Source: an uncultured Desulfarculus sp.
GTDB lineage: Bacteria > Desulfobacterota > Desulfarculia > Desulfarculales > Desulfarculaceae
Assembly: GCA_963665125.2 (NCBI GenBank)
Contig: CAXXUK010000001.1
Coordinates: 2,080,001 to 2,144,000, forward strand
Reading direction: 5' to 3'
Length of the DNA: 64,000 bases
Positions 58,153-64,000 of this stretch are shown piece after piece (position 1 is the stretch's first letter; each line of letters opens with the position of its first letter). A model generated the notes under the pieces. The model did no database searches, was not told where the DNA came from, and was given only the letters and a program-made list of their open reading frames with translations. The translations under genes were made by a program, and so were the position numbers.

Positions 58153-58392
58153 TTGGGGGGCTTTTTGAAAAAAGCCCCCCACACCCCCGAAAAACTTCGC
58201 CGTTTATTGTTTGTCGGCTGCGCCGCCAAACAATAAACGGTCATGTCTTTCCGCGGCGCGCGGGTGTTGTTTTGCCATCACACCTGCCGCGACACCCAAG
58301 TCCTAAAAAGGCGCGATTGATTTGGCCAAAGGCCAAATCAATCGCGCATGCGGTTTTCTTTTTGGAAGGGGGGCTGGGGGAAACCTTTCCCC
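58153..58392. repeat. multi-hairpin palindromic repeat element, copy 2
   Basis: Blocks 58153-58250 and 58305-58384 align with 16345-16443 and 16549-16629. Confidence 0.9.
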
Positions 58393-58401
58393 TAATTATC
58401 T

Positions 58402-58547
58402 AAAGCGGGCCATGGACGGCCCGCCGAAGCAGATACCTACCAAGTATCTGCCTCGCAAGGCCAACCAAAACCACGTTTTTAGCTGGCCGCTGGTTGCAGG
58501 GGGCATGGATGCCTCCCTGCAAAGGAGAAATAGAATAAAGGTCTCCC
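58402..58547 (-). ncRNA. candidate structured RNA (hairpin array) in the 3' region of the amidase gene
   Basis: Four to five back-to-back hairpins; several plus-strand A-C mismatches become G-U pairs on the minus strand. Confidence 0.45.
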
Positions 58548-58559
58548 CCAGGGACCGTG

Positions 58560-60287
58560 CTAATTCGCCTTCAAGCTCTTGGCATAGGCGACAACGCCGT
58601 CTGTGATGCCGTCGGCCACGAGGTTGCGGTAGGTGTTGGTGCCCAAGCGGCGGTGTTCCTCGGCATTGGTCATGAAGCCGACTTCAACCAGAACGGAGGG
58701 CATCTGGGCGCCGATGAGCACATAGAACGGCGCTTGTTTCACGCCCAGGTCGCGGACCTTGTATTTGCTTCGTACGCGGTCGAACATGCTCTTGTGCAGT
58801 TTGCGAGCCATGAGGTTGGATTCATTGATCTTGGAGTTGAGCATCAGGTCGTTGAGGATGACCTGGAGGTCGCCGATGGTCCGGGTGGTGGTGGCGTTTT
58901 CCCGGGCCGCCACCTGCATGGACTGCTCGTCGGTGGCCAGGTTGAGGAAATATGTTTCCAGGCCCGAGAGCCTGTGGCTGGGCGCCGCGTTGATGTGGAT
59001 CGACACGAACAGGTCGGCGTCCTTGGTGTTGGCGAAAGCGGTGCGTTCCTCCAGGGCCAGGTATTTATCGTGGCTGCGGGTCAACAACACCTCGCAGCCC
59101 ATGCGCTTGCGCAGCTTTTCAGCAACGCGCTTGGCGATGTCCAGGGTGATGTCTTTTTCCTTGAGGCCACGCCACATGCAGCCGGGGTCCTTGCCGCCGT
59201 GTCCGGGATCGATGACCACCCGCCCGATGCCCAACCCCAGGGCCTTGGCCAGGCTGACATCCGGCGGCAGTTCCTGGGCCTTGCCCCTGGGCACGCGTTT
59301 CTTGCCCTTGGTGCTGATCTTGGCGTTTTTAGCAAGCTGGCGGTCCTTTTGAGGGGCGAAACAGTCGATGACCACTCGGAAGGGGTTGTCCAGGGTGAAG
59401 ACCTTGTAAGAGCCCAGGTTGTTGATATCCAAGACCACGCGCACGGTGTCAGGGTCGAACTGGCCCGCCCTGGCCCGTTCCAGCAGACCTCCGTCCAGGG
59501 GCAGGGTCTCCTTGAGGCCCTTGGACATTGCCGCGCCGGACAGATCCATGTACAAACGGCGGGGTTTGCCGGCGTCCTTGTCTTTTTTCAGCAGGTTGGT
59601 GGTGTAGGGCACGGAACGGTCGAGATTGACCACCACGCGGGTGTATGTGGGAGTGGACCAGTGCCGCAGTTCCGTGACATGGGCCAAGGAGGAATCGGCC
59701 TTTTTCACGCCCTCACCGGCGTCGGCCTGCTCTTCGGTCTGCCGGCGGCCCTGGGGCGTGGCGTACTGGGGAGCCAGTTTGCGCTCCAACTCCTCCAGTT
59801 TTTCCCTGGCCGCGGGCGTCATGTCGCCGTCCGGGTAACTCACCGTCAGGCGCAGATATTCCAGATAAGCGGTCTTGAGGTCGCCAGCCTGCTCATGCAG
59901 GCCCGCGATCATCAGCTGGGCGTCGTCGGCCAGCTTGGACTCCGGAAAATGGTTGATCAGTCGTTTGAGGACATCCTGGGCCGTCTGGAGGTCCTTTTCC
60001 TGGTGGAACAGTTCATAGGACACGGTGTAGATGCGGCCCTTCCAGAGCAGACACCCCGGAGCCAGAGGGCCGTTGGGATTGGCGGTGTATACCCTGCTGA
60101 AGCGCTCGGCCAGACTGACCCAGTTGTTGTACACCTGGCGGGCGTCCTTGTGCTTCATCAGCCAGAAGTAGTCGGCCTTGGCCCTGTTGTACACCGCAGA
60201 TTCGTCGGCCATGGCGGCAGGGGCCCACACCGAAAGCAACACAAAGGCGGCCAACAGCGACATCATATTCCGGGCTGACTTAGTCAA
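58560..60287 (-). CDS. N-acetylmuramoyl-L-alanine amidase (TPR-like + AMIN + Amidase_3)
   Basis: VVIDPGHGGKDPG, LFVSIHINA and PSVLVEVGF motifs; YTRVVVNL and VRVVLD AMIN repeats; signal peptide. Confidence 0.92.
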   Translation of the reverse strand: MTKSARNMMSLLAAFVLLSVWAPAAMADESAVYNRAKADYFWLMKHKDARQVYNNWVSLAERFSRVYTANPNGPLAPGCLLWKGRIYTVSYELFHQEKDLQTAQDVLKRLINHFPESKLADDAQLMIAGLHEQAGDLKTAYLEYLRLTVSYPDGDMTPAAREKLEELERKLAPQYATPQGRRQTEEQADAGEGVKKADSSLAHVTELRHWSTPTYTRVVVNLDRSVPYTTNLLKKDKDAGKPRRLYMDLSGAAMSKGLKETLPLDGGLLERARAGQFDPDTVRVVLDINNLGSYKVFTLDNPFRVVIDCFAPQKDRQLAKNAKISTKGKKRVPRGKAQELPPDVSLAKALGLGIGRVVIDPGHGGKDPGCMWRGLKEKDITLDIAKRVAEKLRKRMGCEVLLTRSHDKYLALEERTAFANTKDADLFVSIHINAAPSHRLSGLETYFLNLATDEQSMQVAARENATTTRTIGDLQVILNDLMLNSKINESNLMARKLHKSMFDRVRSKYKVRDLGVKQAPFYVLIGAQMPSVLVEVGFMTNAEEHRRLGTNTYRNLVADGITDGVVAYAKSLKAN

Positions 60288-62913
60288 GCAGTCTCCTCAG
60301 TTCCTCCAAGGCCCCCAGGGCCTCCATGGGCGTCATGTTCAGCGGGTCCATCTGCTTTAGACGGTCCAGGGCCGGGTGATCTTGCACGGCGAACAACTGC
60401 ATCTGGGCCTGGGACCGTTTGGCTTGGGGTCTGGCGGCCGGTTCGCCGCGTTTGCCGCTTTCCAAACGGTCCAGCACTTCCCTGGCCCGTTCCAGGACCA
60501 CGGGCGGCAGACCGGCCAGACGGGCCACCTGCAAGCCGTAGGAGCGACTCACTCCGCCTGGGGCCAATCGCCGCAGAAAAACAACCTGGCCTTGATATTC
60601 TTTAACAGCCACATTGAAGTTTCGCACTCTTTCGCATGTGGCCGCAAGCTCGGTCAGTTCGTGGTAGTGGGTGGCGAACAGGGTCTTGACCCCGCTTCCG
60701 TGCAGGCCGTGCAAATGTTCGGCCACGGCCCAGGCCAGGGACAGGCCGTCAAAGGTGGAGGTACCCCGCCCCACTTCGTCCAGGACCACCAGGGAGCGCG
60801 GCGTGGCGTTTCCCAGGATCTGGGCCGTCTCGGTCATCTCCACCATGAAGGTGGAGCGGCCCCTGGCCAGGTCGTCCATGGCCCCGACGCGGGTGAAGAT
60901 GCGGTCCACCAGGGGCAGTTCGGCGCTTTCGGCGGGCACGAAGGACCCGGCCTGGGCCAACAGGCTGATCAGGGCGGCCTGGCGCAAGATGGTGGACTTT
61001 CCGGCCATGTTGGGCCCGGTGATGATGATCACCTGCTGTTCATGGTCATCCAGAAGCAGGTCGTTGGGCACGAACTCCCCGGCGGGCAGCATCTGCTCCA
61101 CCACGGGGTGGCGGCCCTGGCTGATGTTCATGGGCCCGTTCAAGCTCATCCGGGGCCGTACGTAATCGCGGCTGGCGGCTAGGGCGGCCCAACCGGCCAG
61201 CACGTCGATGGCCGCCAAGGCCCGGCCGCACTGCATCAGCGGACGAGACCAGCGGGCCACCTCTTCGCGCAGGTCTTCGAATATTTCGCGCTCCAGGTCC
61301 AGGGCCTTTTCCTCGGCCCCCAGGACATCGGCCTCTTTTTCCTTGAGATCGGGCGTGAAGTAGCGTTCGGCAGTGGCCAGGGTCTGCTTGCGGATGAAGG
61401 TGTCGGGCACCTTGCTCAAGTGGGTCTTGGTCACTTCAATGTAGTAGCCGAAGACCCGGTTGAAGCCCACCTTCAGCGAGCTGATGCCCGTCTCGGCCCT
61501 GAGTTGGGCCTGCAATCCGGCGATCCAGCCCTTGCCCTGGCTGCTCATGGAGCGCAGTTCGTCCAGGCGCTTGCTGAAGCCCTCGGCGACGACCCCGCCG
61601 TCGCTCAGGGCCAGGGGCGGCCTGTCGGCCAGGGTGCGGTTCAACCGCTCGCAAAGGGCCTCCAGGCCTGAGAGCTCGGCTGCCTGGCTGATCAAAAGCG
61701 GCGAGTTCAGCGGCTCCAGTTCGGCGATGAGCCCCGGCAGCAGCCCCAGGGCGTCGCGCAGGGCGGCCAGGTCCCGGGGCGAGGCCTGGCCAAGGCTGGC
61801 CCGGCCCACCAGGCGGGGTACGTCGGGCAGGCGGTCGAGCCTTTCGGCGATGGCCCCGCAGGCCACTGTGTCCAGGCGCAGTTCTTCAACGGCCTGGTGC
61901 CGCATCTCGATGGACTCCAGGTCCATGAGCGGAAAGCCAAGCCACTGTTTGAGCAGGCGTCCGCCCATGGCCGTGGCCGTCTGATCCACGGCGTGCAATA
62001 GCGATCCCTTGCGGCTGCCGGTGGCTATGGATTTATACAGCTCCAGGTTGCGCCGGGCCGTGGCGTCCAGGACCAGATGGGTGCCAACCTGGTAGACGCT
62101 GAGCGTATCGATATGGCCCGGCGTACACATCTGGGTGGCTGCAATGGTCTCCCAGGCCATGGCCGCGGCCATCAGGGCCGGTTCCAGACCGGCGTCGGCG
62201 TCCTGGGGCAGGCGCTCGTCCAGGCTCTGGCGGGCCTTGGCGATGCCTGGGGGCTTGCCGCCATAGGCCGAGACCACCGGATTCAACCCGGCCGCCAGGA
62301 CCTCCAGCATGGCCGGGGTGTTCCGCTGGCTTTCGGCCACGATCAACTCCGCCGGCTCCAGGCGGGCCAGTTCGTCGATGAGCGGCTGGCCCGGCGGCAC
62401 CACCGTGGCACGAAACTCGCCGCTGGACAGATCCAGATGGGCCAGTCCGGCGTCGCCTCCGGTGAGGCACAGGGCGGCCAGAAAGCGGTTGTCCTTGGCC
62501 GGCAGATGGCCGGGCATGGTGAAGGTGCCGGGGCTCTGCACACTGGTGATCTGGCGTTTGACCAGGCCCTTGGCCAGTTTGGGATCTTCCACCTGGTCGC
62601 AGATGGCCACCTTGTGGCCCGCGTCGATGAGCTGGGCCACGTATGAATCTATGGTCCGAAAGGGCACTCCGGCCATGGGAAAGGCGTCGGGGTCGTTTTT
62701 GTCGCGGCTGGTCAGTTGGATGGAAAGGACCTTGCTGCACAATTCGGCGTCTTCGAAAAACACCTCGTAGAAGTCGCCCATGCGGAAAAACAACACGCAA
62801 TCGGGGACCTGTTGGCGCATTTCAAAGTATTGCCGCAGCATCGGCGTTTGTTTTATTTCAGCGCCGGTGGATTCTGTATTCTTGCGTTCCGGACTGGATG
62901 TTTGTTTGGCCAT
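60280..62913 (-). CDS. mutS: DNA mismatch repair protein MutS
   Basis: TPMLRQY, FFRMGDFYE, ITGPNMAGKST, DEVGRGTST and SYGLQVA motifs. Confidence 0.97.
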   Translation of the reverse strand: MAKQTSSPERKNTESTGAEIKQTPMLRQYFEMRQQVPDCVLFFRMGDFYEVFFEDAELCSKVLSIQLTSRDKNDPDAFPMAGVPFRTIDSYVAQLIDAGHKVAICDQVEDPKLAKGLVKRQITSVQSPGTFTMPGHLPAKDNRFLAALCLTGGDAGLAHLDLSSGEFRATVVPPGQPLIDELARLEPAELIVAESQRNTPAMLEVLAAGLNPVVSAYGGKPPGIAKARQSLDERLPQDADAGLEPALMAAAMAWETIAATQMCTPGHIDTLSVYQVGTHLVLDATARRNLELYKSIATGSRKGSLLHAVDQTATAMGGRLLKQWLGFPLMDLESIEMRHQAVEELRLDTVACGAIAERLDRLPDVPRLVGRASLGQASPRDLAALRDALGLLPGLIAELEPLNSPLLISQAAELSGLEALCERLNRTLADRPPLALSDGGVVAEGFSKRLDELRSMSSQGKGWIAGLQAQLRAETGISSLKVGFNRVFGYYIEVTKTHLSKVPDTFIRKQTLATAERYFTPDLKEKEADVLGAEEKALDLEREIFEDLREEVARWSRPLMQCGRALAAIDVLAGWAALAASRDYVRPRMSLNGPMNISQGRHPVVEQMLPAGEFVPNDLLLDDHEQQVIIITGPNMAGKSTILRQAALISLLAQAGSFVPAESAELPLVDRIFTRVGAMDDLARGRSTFMVEMTETAQILGNATPRSLVVLDEVGRGTSTFDGLSLAWAVAEHLHGLHGSGVKTLFATHYHELTELAATCERVRNFNVAVKEYQGQVVFLRRLAPGGVSRSYGLQVARLAGLPPVVLERAREVLDRLESGKRGEPAARPQAKRSQAQMQLFAVQDHPALDRLKQMDPLNMTPMEALGALEELRRLLD

Positions 62914-62988
62914 ACCCTTTTAGCGATTGTAAGTTGTGACTCCCCTTGGCGACCCCGGCCAAACCGCCCCGCGGACGGCGGCAACGGT

Positions 62989-64000
62989 TCATCCGCGGTA
63001 GGGCGTCATGGTGTCCCAGTTGTGGCAGCGCGGGCACTTCCAGGTCAAGTGCTGGGCCACAAATCCGCAGTTGCCGCATTGGTATTGGGTCCGGAAGCCG
63101 TGGACCTGGGCCAGAAGCTCCACATAGGCCTCCTGGCAGCCGGACTGATCGCCCATGGCCAAAAGGATGTCGCCCTTGATTTGGTGGGCCTCCAGGCAGC
63201 CGGGATCTTTCGCTATGGCCTTGTTCAGCAGTTCCAGGGCCTTGGGGTCGTCGCCATGGCCGTGGCGGCTGCGGGCCAAGGCCAACAAAGCGGTGACTTC
63301 GGCCGTGTCCAGGTTGATTTCATTGAAAAACGACAAAACCGCCTTTTCGCCCAAGGTGGACTCGGCCTTGTCCATGCGGTCGATGACCAGGTGGGCGTGC
63401 AGGGGGGCCAGGCCCACGGCCTTGCGCCACAGGTTGATGGCCTTGCGGTTGCGGCCCCTGGAAAGTTCCAGATCGCCCAGGTGCAAATAGGCGTCGATGC
63501 ACTTTTTGTGCACGTTTATGGCCTGGCTCATGGCCTGTTCGGCCGCGTCGAGCTTGCCCTCGGCGGCCAATTCCTTGCCCTGCTCGGTCTTGTAGTGGGC
63601 CAGGATCAAGCGGCTGTCCTTGCCGGTTATCTTGTCCAGTTTGCGCAACGTGTCATAGGCCTTGGCCCAATCACGCATCTCCTCGTAGAGGCTTACCAGT
63701 TGGGCCGTGGCGTCCACGTGGCTGGAATCCTGGGCCAACACTTCCTGGAAGGCCTCCACGGCCCGGTTGAACAGGCCGCCCTTGCGGTAGTCCAAACCCA
63801 GATCGTAGCGGGCCTGAATTTGAACGGCCCGGTCCAGGTTCAAGCGGGCGATGATGGTCTGGCGGATGCGCACGGCCCGGTCGATTTCACCCTTTTGGCG
63901 GAACAGGTTGCCCAAAACAACGTATGTCTCAACCGTGTCGGAGTTGAGATTGACGGCCTTGGTGAACTCCTCGATGGCCTGGTCCGTATGGTCGGCCATC
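62989..64000 (-). CDS. lapB: LPS assembly protein B (TPR + rubredoxin-like), 5' end outside window
   Basis: LGNLFRQKGEIDRAVRIRQ, TPR repeats, YQCGNCGF...WKCPRCHNWDT. Confidence 0.85.
   Translation of the reverse strand, partial: MADHTDQAIEEFTKAVNLNSDTVETYVVLGNLFRQKGEIDRAVRIRQTIIARLNLDRAVQIQARYDLGLDYRKGGLFNRAVEAFQEVLAQDSSHVDATAQLVSLYEEMRDWAKAYDTLRKLDKITGKDSRLILAHYKTEQGKELAAEGKLDAAEQAMSQAINVHKKCIDAYLHLGDLELSRGRNRKAINLWRKAVGLAPLHAHLVIDRMDKAESTLGEKAVLSFFNEINLDTAEVTALLALARSRHGHGDDPKALELLNKAIAKDPGCLEAHQIKGDILLAMGDQSGCQEAYVELLAQVHGFRTQYQCGNCGFVAQHLTWKCPRCHNWDTMTPYRG

Overview
GC-rich (about 60%) chromosomal segment, most likely from an anaerobic Desulfobacterota/deltaproteobacterium (inferred from gene content, not proven). 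It is mostly core and housekeeping DNA: a sigma54/PspF phage-shock locus, an RND efflux pair, a BKACE and a crotonase, split class I fumarase plus sdhCDAB-sdhE, hpt, plsY, parAB, queA-tgt-yajC-secD-secF, a complete pst/pho phosphate cluster with Pho boxes, corC-lnt-prfB (with the +1 frameshift), an amidase, mutS and a partial lapB. I saw no tRNA, rRNA, CRISPR array, transposase, integrase or phage gene. The strongest unexplained signal is non-coding. A modular multi-hairpin element occurs twice (16345-16669 and 58153-58392), each copy just after a stop codon between convergent genes, with compensatory base changes between the copies. Next to the second copy is a separate hairpin array that folds better on the minus strand and hides an SD-sequestered 36-codon ORF. 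Other points of interest are a structured 29.4-kb intergenic region, an AT-rich beta-propeller gene, a probable diheme two-anchor SQR with SdhE, and a fused TIGR04282/TIGR04283 glycosyltransferase. Start codons were adjusted by eye from RBS context. All product calls come from motif recognition, without database searches.
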